A DNA stretch of 64,000 bases from Thermodesulfobium acidiphilum (GTDB lineage: Bacteria; Thermodesulfobiota; Thermodesulfobiia; Thermodesulfobiales; Thermodesulfobiaceae). Within the stretch, counting starts at the first letter, position 1, and each line of letters starts with the position of its first letter. Position numbers and translations under genes: made by a program. The notes under the pieces are model-generated. The model saw only the letters and a list, made by a program, of their open reading frames with translations, did not search any database and was not told where the DNA came from. The DNA lies in contig NZ_CP020921.1 in NCBI RefSeq assembly GCF_003057965.1, forward strand, positions 1,538,916 through 1,602,915. The letters are read 5' to 3'. Positions 39,452 through 49,771 of this stretch are shown one piece after another.

Positions 39452-40957
39452 GTGAATAAGATCTTGCTTATAATATTAGACGGCTTTGGTTTCAGCAAGG
39501 AAACCTACGGCAATGCAGTTGCAGCCTCTCATATGCCAAACTACAAAAGAATTATGAACACATATCCAAATACCCTCCTTGTAGCATCAGGCGAAGAAGT
39601 CGGTCTTCCACCGGGTCAAATGGGAAATTCTGAAGTAGGTCATCTAAACCTTGGAGCAGGTAGAATTATGTATCAGGAGCTCACAAGAATTAATAAAGCC
39701 ATTAAAGATGGAAGTTTTTTTTCAAACAAAGAATTAAAGGATATCATGAACAAGTCAAGAGAAAAAGCCCTTCATCTTATTGGTCTCGTTTCTGATGGTG
39801 GAGTCCATAGCCATATTGAACACCTAAAGTCTCTTATCACCATGGCAAAAAAAGAAGGAGTAAAAAATGTCTACGTTCATGCAATTACAGACGGCAGAGA
39901 TACTCAACCAGGAACGGCTATAAATTTTTTAAAAGACGTAGAGACTCATATAAAACGGGAGGGAACTGGAGAAATTGTATCTGTGTCAGGAAGATATTAT
40001 GCCATGGACAGAGACAAAAGATGGGAAAGAACCAAGAAAGCTTATGATGTGTTTACGGGAAGAGATAAAACAAACTTTAAAACTTATGAAGAAGCAATTA
40101 GTTATTTATCAGGAAAGGGCGAAACAGATGAATTCTTTACGCCATTTTCGGTAGGTCCTAACCCACAGGAAACAAGAATAAAAAATAAAGATTCAATTAT
40201 ATTTTTCAACTTTAGAGCAGATAGAATGAGACAGATTACCAGAGCACTCTTAGATCCTGAATTCAAAGAATTTGATGTCATAAAACTTAAACTATTTCCA
40301 TTAACTTTTACAGAATACGATAAAGAATTCCCTTTAACAGTAGCCTTCAAAAACGAAATACCAAAAAATGTTTTATCCGAAGTTATATCTAATGAAGGCC
40401 TATTTCAACTTCATACAGCAGAAACAGAAAAATATGCACATGTTACCTTTTTCTTCAATGGCGGTAGAGAAGAGCCATTTGAGAGGGAAGATAGAATTCT
40501 TATTCACTCCCCAAAGGTAGCAACTTATGACCTAAAACCTGAAATGAGCGCTTTTGAACTTACAGAAAGTCTTTTAAAATCCCTGCTTGATAAAAATTAT
40601 AATTTTACAGTAATAAACTTTGCAAATCCTGATATGGTAGGACACACTGGTAATTTTGAAGCTGTAAAAAAAGCTCTTAATGCTGTTGATATCTGTTTAG
40701 GTAAAATATTTGACTTATTTGAAAACAAATTCCCTATTGTGATAACTGCAGATCATGGAAATTGCGAGGAAATGCTTGATAAAAATACTGGGGAACCAAT
40801 GACATCTCATACCACTAATCCTGTCCCATTTATAATAGTAGGGAACAAAGAACCATTAAGAAAAGATGGAATTTTAGCTGACGTAGCACCAACAATCCTT
40901 GAACTCATGGAGATAGTTCAACCAGAAGAAATGACAGGAAAATCTCTTATAATTTAA
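39452..40957 (+). CDS. gpmI: 2,3-BPG-independent phosphoglycerate mutase
   Basis: GQMGNSEVGH, GRYYAMDRD, ETEKYAHVT, DMVGHTG, ADHGN. Confidence 0.98.
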   Translation: MNKILLIILDGFGFSKETYGNAVAASHMPNYKRIMNTYPNTLLVASGEEVGLPPGQMGNSEVGHLNLGAGRIMYQELTRINKAIKDGSFFSNKELKDIMNKSREKALHLIGLVSDGGVHSHIEHLKSLITMAKKEGVKNVYVHAITDGRDTQPGTAINFLKDVETHIKREGTGEIVSVSGRYYAMDRDKRWERTKKAYDVFTGRDKTNFKTYEEAISYLSGKGETDEFFTPFSVGPNPQETRIKNKDSIIFFNFRADRMRQITRALLDPEFKEFDVIKLKLFPLTFTEYDKEFPLTVAFKNEIPKNVLSEVISNEGLFQLHTAETEKYAHVTFFFNGGREEPFEREDRILIHSPKVATYDLKPEMSAFELTESLLKSLLDKNYNFTVINFANPDMVGHTGNFEAVKKALNAVDICLGKIFDLFENKFPIVITADHGNCEEMLDKNTGEPMTSHTTNPVPFIIVGNKEPLRKDGILADVAPTILELMEIVQPEEMTGKSLII

Positions 40958-40976
40958 AAAAATTCAAGAATTTTTA

Positions 40977-41909
40977 ATGAACTCAAAGTTTGTAAAAAAT
41001 CTTTTAAGCGTTTTAGTATCATTATTTTTAATCTATTTGCTATTTATAAATGTTGATATAAAAAGGGTTTTGTATGTTGTTTTTAACTTTAATAGAGTAT
41101 TTATAATAACTTTTTTTATTTTATTTTTTGTTGTACTTAATCTTAGGGCTTATATTTGGAAAAATCTATTAATTAACATATCAAAAGAACTAAGCTTCAG
41201 ACACTTGATTGCTGGAGAAGGTTTGGCATTTGCTATTAATTCTTTTCTGCCATTAAGATCAGGAGATCTACTTAGAGGCCTTTACGTATCAAAAATATCC
41301 AACTTGCCTTTCCCATCAGTTTTGGTTAGCATAGCTACTGAACAGCTTTTAGATTTTTTCACCGTTTTAACGCTTGGCCTCTTTTGTTTGTTTATAGGAG
41401 TGAAGATTGCTATAAATATCCTCCTTTTGCCGATAGCAATGACTATTGTTTTTTTAACGCTATTTTTTTTATCAATGTTTATAAGAAAGAGATTCGAATA
41501 CCTCAAAGTTAGATTCCCAAAATTTTGGCTACTAATTCATCCCTTTCTTAGTTTAACAAGAAGCAGTGTATTTAAGAAGGTTTTTACAGCAAATATTTTA
41601 TGCTTGCTGTTAATTTCATTGGGAATACTTCTTCTTTACTTCAATCTACTTGGGAAAATACTATTTATAGAGTCTTTAATTTCAACCTTTTTTATTAACA
41701 TAGGATTTTTAAGTTTCGGAATATGGATAGCAGCAAAAAACTATGGAATCGACTTTGATGATGCAACAGGAATATTTTTTATATATCAAATAACAATAAT
41801 CCTTGTTAGCTTATCGACCTTTCTTCTCGTAACTATATATGACATATTGACAGCAATAAAGGTAAAAATAATTCCAACTTTTTTCAATAAAAATAAAAAC
41901 AACTTCTAA
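40977..41909 (+). CDS. Lysylphosphatidylglycerol synthase TM (flippase-like) domain protein
   Basis: LRA..W..LL, N.FLPLRSGDLLR, S...EQLLD. Confidence 0.75.
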   Translation: MNSKFVKNLLSVLVSLFLIYLLFINVDIKRVLYVVFNFNRVFIITFFILFFVVLNLRAYIWKNLLINISKELSFRHLIAGEGLAFAINSFLPLRSGDLLRGLYVSKISNLPFPSVLVSIATEQLLDFFTVLTLGLFCLFIGVKIAINILLLPIAMTIVFLTLFFLSMFIRKRFEYLKVRFPKFWLLIHPFLSLTRSSVFKKVFTANILCLLLISLGILLLYFNLLGKILFIESLISTFFINIGFLSFGIWIAAKNYGIDFDDATGIFFIYQITIILVSLSTFLLVTIYDILTAIKVKIIPTFFNKNKNNF

Positions 41910-41997
41910 AAGACTAAGAGCACACAGAATACCATTTAATTTAATATATATAATGCCTTGAGTCTTAAAGATATCCAGGTAAGTGTTCCTAAAAATA

Positions 41998-43017
41998 TTA
42001 TTTTTCAAAAATAATTCTTGAATCAATCTCCTTTATGCTTTTACACCCTGTCAGGATCATTGCAGCATATAATTCCTGAGTATATTTTTCAACCATAAAC
42101 TTTACTCCCTCAGCCATTGCACCAAATGCTCCAGTTATCAAGGGCCTTCCCACAAGCACTCCCTTTGCACCCAGCGCTATCAGCTTCAAAGCATCAACTC
42201 CAGATCTTACACCTCCATCTGCAAGTACTGTAGCATCTTTACCAACTGCCTTTATTATTTTAGGAAGTACCTCAGCTACACCAGGTGTAAAGTCCAGAAC
42301 TCTCCCCCCATGATTAGAAACAACAATTGCACTTGCGCCAGCATCAAAACAAGCAACTGCTTCATCTGGAGTCATAACCCCCTTAACAATAAACGGCACA
42401 TTTACAGAATTAACCAACTCTCTAATTTTACTTACACTTTTTGGCCCTACAGCTTGTCCCTTAAGTTTCATAGTTACAAGACCAGCTCCATCTATATCAA
42501 TACCCACAGCTATTGCCCCTGCTTGAATGGCATCTAAAAACCTTTTTATTATCTCACCCTGATCCACCCTTGGCTTAATAATTGCAACACCCCTTGTAGC
42601 TAACTTTATTGCTTCTAAACCATCTACAAACATACTAGGAACTGCAGGATCTCCTATCCATCCCAAACTTCCTGCTTCATGACATCCTTTAACAAGAGAA
42701 GAAACTAATTCAAATTCAGTAAGTGCCCCACCACAATTAAGCAATGCATTTGTTATTGGAGCTCCCATTATTGGAGTCAATAAGTCTATTCCAAAAAGAT
42801 TAATTGAAGTATCTGGTTCTAAAACATCGTGAACTACTCTTAGATTTAACCTTATATCAGACAAAGCTCTAACGTTTTGTTTAAAAGATTCTCCTGTTCC
42901 AGTTCCCCCCATTCCAGGAACCTCTCCTGCACACGCTCTTCCATCACAAACAGGACAAACTCTACAAAAATTGTTAAATTTCTTTCTAGCCTCTTCTTTA
43001 ATTGTCTTAAAATCCAC
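41998..43017 (-). CDS. FMN-dependent alpha-hydroxy acid dehydrogenase with N-terminal Cys cluster
   Basis: CRVCPVCDGRAC, VKGVMT, VVSNHGGRVLD, DGGVRSG, VGRP. Confidence 0.92.
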   Translation of the reverse strand: MDFKTIKEEARKKFNNFCRVCPVCDGRACAGEVPGMGGTGTGESFKQNVRALSDIRLNLRVVHDVLEPDTSINLFGIDLLTPIMGAPITNALLNCGGALTEFELVSSLVKGCHEAGSLGWIGDPAVPSMFVDGLEAIKLATRGVAIIKPRVDQGEIIKRFLDAIQAGAIAVGIDIDGAGLVTMKLKGQAVGPKSVSKIRELVNSVNVPFIVKGVMTPDEAVACFDAGASAIVVSNHGGRVLDFTPGVAEVLPKIIKAVGKDATVLADGGVRSGVDALKLIALGAKGVLVGRPLITGAFGAMAEGVKFMVEKYTQELYAAMILTGCKSIKEIDSRIIFEK

Positions 43018-43148
43018 TTTTTCCTCCTATATATCAAAAAATATCTTTCATCAAGGTTTAATTATATATTGTTTATTTAAAAAAAATATAATAATATCAA
43101 ATTTTGGTATTTTTCTGACAATTCATTTAATTTTGGTTTAACTCAATA

Positions 43149-44444
43149 CTATTTATAAAATCTTGAGAAAAATAATATAATTATAAAAGATACAGGCATT
43201 GAAATTAAAGTCGAATCAACAAATGGATAAATAGGTTTTTTATAGTGAAAAATATCTACCCAAACAGTCGGCCCAAGTATTGTAAGTAATATGGCCAAAG
43301 CAGCTCCCACCAAACTTCCTAATATTAACGCGTTTTTAGAAATGCTGTTTAAATATATTGAGCAAAAAAGCGCAGGAAAAATCGAACTTGCAGCAAGAGA
43401 ATAAGAAAGCCCAACCATAAAAGCAACGTTTTGCCCCTTAAAAATCGTAGCTAATAAAAAGGCAAAAATACCAATCAAGATAACGGAAAAAGCCCAAATA
43501 TAAGATTTTTTACTATTAATAACGTCCTCTTTTAAAGTCGTAGCTCCTGCTACAAAAAGCCCACTCACTACAGCAAAAATCGTAATAAAAGTTATTATGG
43601 CAGTTAGATAGAATAACAAATCTTGTCCCAAATACCTGGCAAGATGAAGCAAGACCATATTAGCTCCATCGCTCAGATCCTTCTTTTCAAGAATAAGCCT
43701 GGATTCAACACCAAGAAAAAAAACTATTAAATAAAATATGCTGATTAACAGGGTAGCAAGAAAAACTGATATCCTTGCCGATCTCCTATCTGGCACAGTA
43801 AAAAATCTTATTAATATGTTGGGGAGCCCTGCTGTTCCAAAAAGAAGAGCGAAAGATAAAGAGAAATAATCGAAAGAGGAACGAAAGATAGTTTGAGGCA
43901 GAAATATATTAGAAAATATCGCATTGGATAAAAAAATGCTGTTCGTGTTTATTTTATAAAAAATTAGAAATAAAATTATAAAACTAAGAGAAAATAATAT
44001 TACAGTCTTATAAATTTGAAACCATGTAGTTACAAACATCCCACCCCATAATACAAAACAGACAGAAGTTAATGTGACTATAAAAAGCGATAAATTATAG
44101 CCTACTCTACTAACCAAAGAGAGCAGCCATGCAGCACCAATTAATTCTGCAACCAGAAAAATAAGAACACATAATAGTCCTGTTAAACTAAGTACAACTT
44201 TAACATCTTTATCGTCAAATCTAAGAGCAATCAAATCTATATATGTTGATACCCCTCTTCTTGACATCGGTTCAGCTACCAAAAAAAGCATTATTGGCCA
44301 ACCAACTATCCATCCAACAGCATAAAAAAGACCATCGAAACCCTTAGTAGCAGTCAGTCCAACAATTCCAAGAAAAGATGCTGCACCAATATAGTCGCCA
44401 AAAAGTGCTAAGGCATTTTGAAAGGCATTAAATTTATTTTGCAT
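43149..44444 (-). CDS. actP: ActP-like cation/acetate symporter (SSS family), shortened
   Basis: QNALA..GDY..AASFLG, GGM..TTW.Q..K, GTAGLP.IL.RFFTVPD, QNVAFMVGL. Confidence 0.8.
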   Translation of the reverse strand: MQNKFNAFQNALALFGDYIGAASFLGIVGLTATKGFDGLFYAVGWIVGWPIMLFLVAEPMSRRGVSTYIDLIALRFDDKDVKVVLSLTGLLCVLIFLVAELIGAAWLLSLVSRVGYNLSLFIVTLTSVCFVLWGGMFVTTWFQIYKTVILFSLSFIILFLIFYKINTNSIFLSNAIFSNIFLPQTIFRSSFDYFSLSFALLFGTAGLPNILIRFFTVPDRRSARISVFLATLLISIFYLIVFFLGVESRLILEKKDLSDGANMVLLHLARYLGQDLLFYLTAIITFITIFAVVSGLFVAGATTLKEDVINSKKSYIWAFSVILIGIFAFLLATIFKGQNVAFMVGLSYSLAASSIFPALFCSIYLNSISKNALILGSLVGAALAILLTILGPTVWVDIFHYKKPIYPFVDSTLISMPVSFIIILFFSRFYK

Positions 44445-44478
44445 AAAAGATATTATAAATTAAATTAAACAATCGAGA

Positions 44479-44748
44479 TTATTCGATCTTTTTAATTTTT
44501 TTAAGTTCTTTTTCGTAAAAACTATTGTTCCACCAAACATATATTCCTGTAATAAAAAGACACGAAGCTATAACAATAAAACTACACAGTAGGCCGTTAT
44601 TTAAGTTAAACAGAAAATGATTTGAGAGAAAACCTATGTCAAATGCAACCAGGTAAATAAAACCAAAATAGATCAGAAAGACAATAACTGAAAATAAAAA
44701 AGATACTCTTTTATGCAAACTATTAAGTTTCTTTAAATCGTTATTCAT
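44479..44748 (-). CDS. yjcH: DUF485/YjcH membrane protein (ActP partner)
   Basis: YFGFI.LVAF, TGIYVWW.N..Y; directly upstream of actP. Confidence 0.85.
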   Translation of the reverse strand: MNNDLKKLNSLHKRVSFLFSVIVFLIYFGFIYLVAFDIGFLSNHFLFNLNNGLLCSFIVIASCLFITGIYVWWNNSFYEKELKKIKKIE

Positions 44749-44876
44749 TATTATCCCAAGATTTTATGCCCCTCACAATCAGGAGTTATAAAATTACTTA
44801 TTCCATTACTAGATTTTATACGATAAAACTTAAAAAATCTAACTACCTCATAAAATATCTAAAAAAACTTATGAGT

Positions 44877-45070
44877 CTATTTGGATAAATTGTCTAAAGC
44901 ATTTTGAACATGCTACATATACATTAGCACTGGATCTTTACCCATTAAAATGCCACCTGTGCAGCTTCCATAATCCCCTCTTTCGTTGCTCTATTGTCAA
45001 GTACTACCTTTACATAAGATTTAATGCACCATTCACATCTTTGAATAACCGAAAGATTCAGTGCAAGAAA
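44877..45070 (-). pseudogene. Decayed carboxymuconolactone decarboxylase/AhpD-like gene fragment
   Basis: Hand translation LALNLSVIQRCEWCIKSYVKVVLDNRATKEGIMEAAQVA, frameshift, ILMGKDPVLMYM*HVQNALDNLSK*. Confidence 0.7.
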
Positions 45071-45074
45071 TAAA

Positions 45075-45113
45075 AATAAGAGAGACGTTCTCTAATAACA
45101 CATCTCTCTTATT
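45075..45113 (-). terminator. Terminator after satP
   Basis: AATAAGAGAGA...TCTCTCTTATT inverted repeat. Confidence 0.65.
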
Positions 45114-45142
45114 TATTTATATAAGGTTATATATACACTATA

Positions 45143-45697
45143 CTATTTGGTGCTAAATTGTGCTTTAATTATTTCAAACATGCCATACCATGCTGAAATT
45201 GCAGTAGCAATACCCTCATATCCCGCAAAAATTTTTATAGCTGTGCTCTCAGTGTAATGTGCAATAACCAACAATATGAATAGCAATGAAAGGAGAACAA
45301 AAATTACCTGCACAGTTCTATTATTGCTCATAAAAGAAAGATAAGTCATAACAACTGTAAAGATCGTCCATGCAATCAAGGTTACCCCTATAGCAGCGCC
45401 TAAAGCATCTTTTGGCATCCAACCCCAAGCAGGAGAATAAATAAGAGCAGCTAAAGCCATCCAAAAAGAACCATATCCCGTAAAAGCTACCATCCCAAAT
45501 GTATTCCCGGTTCTAAATTCTAAAACTCCAGCTATAAACTGCGCAAGTCCTCCGTAAAACAATCCTAGCGGCAAAGCAGCAAAAAGTGCAGCAGGTACAA
45601 GCCCTGCGTTTGCAACGTTTAATACAAAGGTAGTCAAAGCAAAACCAGCTAGGCCTACAGCACCTGGATTTGCCATTTTCAATTCTGAATTAGACAT
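45143..45697 (-). CDS. satP: Acetate uptake transporter (SatP/GPR1/FUN34/YaaH)
   Basis: ANPGAVGL.GF..TT, FYGGLAQ, NTFG..AF..YG.FW. Confidence 0.93.
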   Translation of the reverse strand: MSNSELKMANPGAVGLAGFALTTFVLNVANAGLVPAALFAALPLGLFYGGLAQFIAGVLEFRTGNTFGMVAFTGYGSFWMALAALIYSPAWGWMPKDALGAAIGVTLIAWTIFTVVMTYLSFMSNNRTVQVIFVLLSLLFILLVIAHYTESTAIKIFAGYEGIATAISAWYGMFEIIKAQFSTK

Positions 45698-45724
45698 TTT
45701 CTTAACCTCCTATATTTTTTTTGT

Positions 45725-47773
45725 TTATTCACCGCGTACAATATTACGAATTTCTTCAACAACATCAGGGTTAACAAGAGTTGTTATATCACCATAGTCT
45801 TCCCTGTTATTTGAAATAGCTGCAAGTATTCTTCTCATAATTTTTCCCGATCTGGTCTTGGGCATATCAGAAACAATATAGACATTTGCAGGTCTTGCAA
45901 TAGGACCAATTATTGAAGAAATAGCGTGTTTTATTTTATCTTCTAAATGTCTATTATTGTCTGATTCATAACCACTCTTCAAAGAAACATACAGATCAGG
46001 TATATGACCTCTTAATTCATCGCTCTTTGGAACTACTGCCGCTTCTGCTACCTCTTCACATGTGAGTGCAGCTGATTCAATTTCTTTAGTTCCAAGTCTG
46101 TGCCCAGCAACATTAATCACATCATCAACTCTTCCCAAAACCCTAATATATCCATCCTTTGCCATCGTTGCTGCATCACCAGAAAAGTATGGCCAATCCC
46201 GCCAGTCCTTGCTTTCTTTATTTTTACAGTATTTTTCATAATATTGTTTTATAAGCCTCTCAGGATCTCCCCAGATTGTAAGCATTCTTCCTGGCCAGGG
46301 ATTTTTTATACACAAATTACCTGCCTTGCCAGAACCTGGTGGAACCTCATTACCAAGTTCATCGTATATGGTAGGATATATTCCTAAAGCTCCTGGTCCT
46401 GCACTCCCAGGTTTCATTGGCATAACACTGGGAATCGTAGTACATAACCAGCCTCCTGTTTCTGTTTGCCACCACGTATCTAACACTACTGCTCTTTTTT
46501 TACCTACTACCTTGTAATACCATCTCCATACTTCAGGTTCAATTGGCTCACCAACTGTTACCAATAATCTAAAGTCACACTTGTATTGAGTAGGATTAGA
46601 CCCAGCCCTCATCAGCATCCTAATAGCTGTAGGTGCGGTATGTAATATACTCACCCCTAACCTCTCTGCTATACGCCATACTCTGTTTACATTAGGATAG
46701 AGAGGAACTCCTTCATACATAACTGAGGTAGCAGCATTTGCTAAAGGCCCATATACTATATAACTGTGCCCTGTAATCCATCCAATATCGGCCATACACC
46801 AGTGCACATCTTCAGGGTGAATGTCGTGTATAAATTTACTCGTTCCAGCAACATAGGACAGGTAACCACCTGTACTATGGGCACATCCTTTAGGTTTTCC
46901 TGTAGAACCACTGGTATACATTAAAAACAATATTGATTCTGAAGGCATTGGAACGTAATCCACCCTTTTACCTCGGTGTTTTTTCATTAAATCATCTAAT
47001 AACAGATCTCTTCCCTCTACCAGGGGTGTTTTGGAAGAATAGGTACCGGGATGCCTTGTCCAAATCAAAACTTTCTCAACCTTTTGTCCAAGTTTTTCAG
47101 CCGTTGCAACTGCAATATCAGCATTTGCTTTATGATCTATAAATTTCCCATTTCTATAATAACCATCAATTGTAATAAGTATCTTGCTCTTTGAATCTGC
47201 AATTCTTTCTCCACAAGCCTGACCGCTGAATCCTCCAAAAACTTCCGAGTGAATTATTCCAAGTCTTGCACAGGCTAGCATTGAAATAGGTAATTCTGGT
47301 ACCATTGGAAGATGAAACGTTACTGTATCGCCAGCCTTTAAACCCATCTCAAGAAGTAGTGAAGCAAATTCATTAACCTTTACATACAATTCTTGATAAG
47401 TAAGGATCCTATCAGGCTCATCTATTGACTCAGAAACCCAAATAATTGCAGCTTTATTTTTATATTTATCAAGATGTCTGTCGACACAATTGTAGCAAGC
47501 GTTCAATTTGCCGCCGACAAACCATCTCCAAAAAGGAGGATTTGAATCATCAAGAGTAGTAGTCCAATATCTATCCCAACTAAGCAAGTTGGCATATTCA
47601 TGAAAACACTCAGGAAAATTCTCTTCATTAAATTTATTCAAAAAAGTTTGATTCTGAACATAAGCATTCCTTACAAATTCTTCACTCGGATAAACATAAT
47701 CCTCTTCAAGCCAATAAGCTCCTATTTCGGCTTCTGAAACTCCCGTCCCATTAACTTGGGTTGTTTCCTCCAT
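45725..47773 (-). CDS. acs: AMP-forming acetyl-CoA synthetase
   Basis: YTSGSTGKPKG, DIGWITGHSY, DTWWQTETG, GHRLGT.E, PKTRSGKIMRR. Confidence 0.97.
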   Translation of the reverse strand: MEETTQVNGTGVSEAEIGAYWLEEDYVYPSEEFVRNAYVQNQTFLNKFNEENFPECFHEYANLLSWDRYWTTTLDDSNPPFWRWFVGGKLNACYNCVDRHLDKYKNKAAIIWVSESIDEPDRILTYQELYVKVNEFASLLLEMGLKAGDTVTFHLPMVPELPISMLACARLGIIHSEVFGGFSGQACGERIADSKSKILITIDGYYRNGKFIDHKANADIAVATAEKLGQKVEKVLIWTRHPGTYSSKTPLVEGRDLLLDDLMKKHRGKRVDYVPMPSESILFLMYTSGSTGKPKGCAHSTGGYLSYVAGTSKFIHDIHPEDVHWCMADIGWITGHSYIVYGPLANAATSVMYEGVPLYPNVNRVWRIAERLGVSILHTAPTAIRMLMRAGSNPTQYKCDFRLLVTVGEPIEPEVWRWYYKVVGKKRAVVLDTWWQTETGGWLCTTIPSVMPMKPGSAGPGALGIYPTIYDELGNEVPPGSGKAGNLCIKNPWPGRMLTIWGDPERLIKQYYEKYCKNKESKDWRDWPYFSGDAATMAKDGYIRVLGRVDDVINVAGHRLGTKEIESAALTCEEVAEAAVVPKSDELRGHIPDLYVSLKSGYESDNNRHLEDKIKHAISSIIGPIARPANVYIVSDMPKTRSGKIMRRILAAISNNREDYGDITTLVNPDVVEEIRNIVRGE

Positions 47774-48027
47774 TTTCCTCCTCCTTTTTTTTACAAAATT
47801 TAAACAATAAAAACATTTAAAATTGGATTGTTATCTGCATCACTCCCTTTATTTTTAAATTACTAGAAATTCTAAAATAAATTATCAGAATTGTCAATAT
47901 TATCAGACAATTAATTTTAAAATAGATTTTTATAAATTGTATTTATATATTTTTAATTTGTTTGACAATTATTTACAATTTGCTGAATATTCTTATGGAA
48001 CTAGAAAATTTTTTGAACAAAAAGTCT

Positions 48028-49077
48028 TTAGAAACTAATCTTTTTTACAATCCCATCTTCAATAACAAAATCATCTTCAATTCTTATTCCTCCCCAACCA
48101 GGATAATAAATGCCTGGCTCAACAGTAAACACATCACCTTCTATAAAATTTTTAATATGATTGATTTCATTTGTAGAAGATAAAACAGGTTTTTCGTGAA
48201 TTTCAAGGCCCAAACCATGTCCAAGACTATGGATAAAGTATCTTGACTCATCTCCAAGAAATTCTCTTACAATTTTTTCAGGAGTAGAAAGTTCTACATT
48301 CTCAGCTATTGAACTAATAGCCTTTTCTCTCGCATTAAAAAGCAACTGATAACGTTCAAAAAATAAACTATTTTCACCATTAAAAATAAAGGTCCTTGTT
48401 ATATCGCCACAATATCCAGAAAATTTAACTCCCATATCTATCAAAACTATGTCTTTTTCCTTTAGTTCAACGCTTTGAGGTTTATAATGAGGAATAGACG
48501 AATTAGAACCAAAAGCTACGATCGGATCAAAGGAAACTCCATCTGCATTCTCGAGAGATTCCGAAACAATCATTGCTGCAACTTTTTTCTCTGTAATACC
48601 AGCTCTCAACATATCTTTAACCTTGTAAAATATTGTACAAGAAATTTCTGCAGCCCTTTTCAAAAGAGACATTTCCTCTTTAGACTTGATTCTTCTTATT
48701 TCACATGTCAGGTCATCTGCATCAAAAAGCCCAAAAGACGTATTTTTCCTTATATATTCAGCATATTTGAAAGGAAAATTTTTACCACAAAGCAAAGAAA
48801 TAGGTTTGTCTATCAGCATACAAAACGTCTTTATATACCCATTTCCTGGTTTTACCTGAACTAACCTTATATCTTTTAGTTTCATGGCTTCCTCTACATA
48901 TCTTCCATCGGTAATAATATAAGGTTTTTCTTCTGGAAGAAAAAAAATTAATCCTTCTCCTGAGAAGCCAGTTAGATAAAGCATATCTATCACAGAATTA
49001 CTAAGAAAACCTTGAGCCCCCCTTTTTTCTATTTCATTTGATAATTTTATCTGCCTATCTTTATAGTGAGAAGTCAT
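48028..49077 (-). CDS. Xaa-Pro aminopeptidase (M24B)
   Basis: YLTGFSG, TDGRY, GDITRT, HSLGHGLGLEIHE, TVEPG, RIEDD. Confidence 0.93.
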   Translation of the reverse strand: MTSHYKDRQIKLSNEIEKRGAQGFLSNSVIDMLYLTGFSGEGLIFFLPEEKPYIITDGRYVEEAMKLKDIRLVQVKPGNGYIKTFCMLIDKPISLLCGKNFPFKYAEYIRKNTSFGLFDADDLTCEIRRIKSKEEMSLLKRAAEISCTIFYKVKDMLRAGITEKKVAAMIVSESLENADGVSFDPIVAFGSNSSIPHYKPQSVELKEKDIVLIDMGVKFSGYCGDITRTFIFNGENSLFFERYQLLFNAREKAISSIAENVELSTPEKIVREFLGDESRYFIHSLGHGLGLEIHEKPVLSSTNEINHIKNFIEGDVFTVEPGIYYPGWGGIRIEDDFVIEDGIVKKISF

Positions 49078-49771
49078 TTCCCAAAAATTCTTTTCTTACT
49101 TCAATGTGTTCTGTTATCTCCCTGGGACTTCCAGAAAACATTATGCTTCCTTTAGAAATAATGTAAGCTCTATCTATAATTTTCAAGGCATCGCGAACGT
49201 TATGATCAGTCAAAAGAACTCCAATTCCCTTTTCTTTCAAGTTGATAATCATGTCTCTCATCTCTGAAACAGATTTAGGATCTATCCCAGAAAAGGGTTC
49301 ATCAAGGAGTAAAAAATCAGGATCTAATATCATACTTCTTGCAATTTCAACCTTTCTTGCTTCCCCCCCTGATAAAAGCTCACATCTTTTTCTCGCTAAA
49401 TCAGATATCCTAAATTCGTCTAAAATTCCCCTAATTTTCCTTTTATCTACCTTTTTTCCTGAAACACTCAAGATTAATAAAAGATTTTCATAAACATTTA
49501 GTTTCCTAAAAAGTGATGATTCCTGTGGAAGATAAGCAATCCCAAGATTTGCCCTCTTATGGATAGGAAACCTGGTAATATTTAAGTCGTCTTTGTATAT
49601 CGATCCTGAAGTAGGCTTGGTTAAACCAACTATCATATAGAAAGTGGTAGTCTTTCCTGCCCCATTAGGGCCAAGAAGTCCAACAACTTCTCCCTCCCCT
49701 ATTTTTATACTTACATCATTTACAGCAAATAACTTGTTATATTTTTTTACAAGGTTTTCAGCTCTAATCAA
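49061..49771 (-). CDS. lptB: LPS export ABC ATPase
   Basis: GPNGAGKTTTFYMIVG, YLPQE.S.FR.L, LLDEPF.G.DP, TDHNVR. Confidence 0.93.
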   Translation of the reverse strand: MIRAENLVKKYNKLFAVNDVSIKIGEGEVVGLLGPNGAGKTTTFYMIVGLTKPTSGSIYKDDLNITRFPIHKRANLGIAYLPQESSLFRKLNVYENLLLILSVSGKKVDKRKIRGILDEFRISDLARKRCELLSGGEARKVEIARSMILDPDFLLLDEPFSGIDPKSVSEMRDMIINLKEKGIGVLLTDHNVRDALKIIDRAYIISKGSIMFSGSPREITEHIEVRKEFLGNDFSL

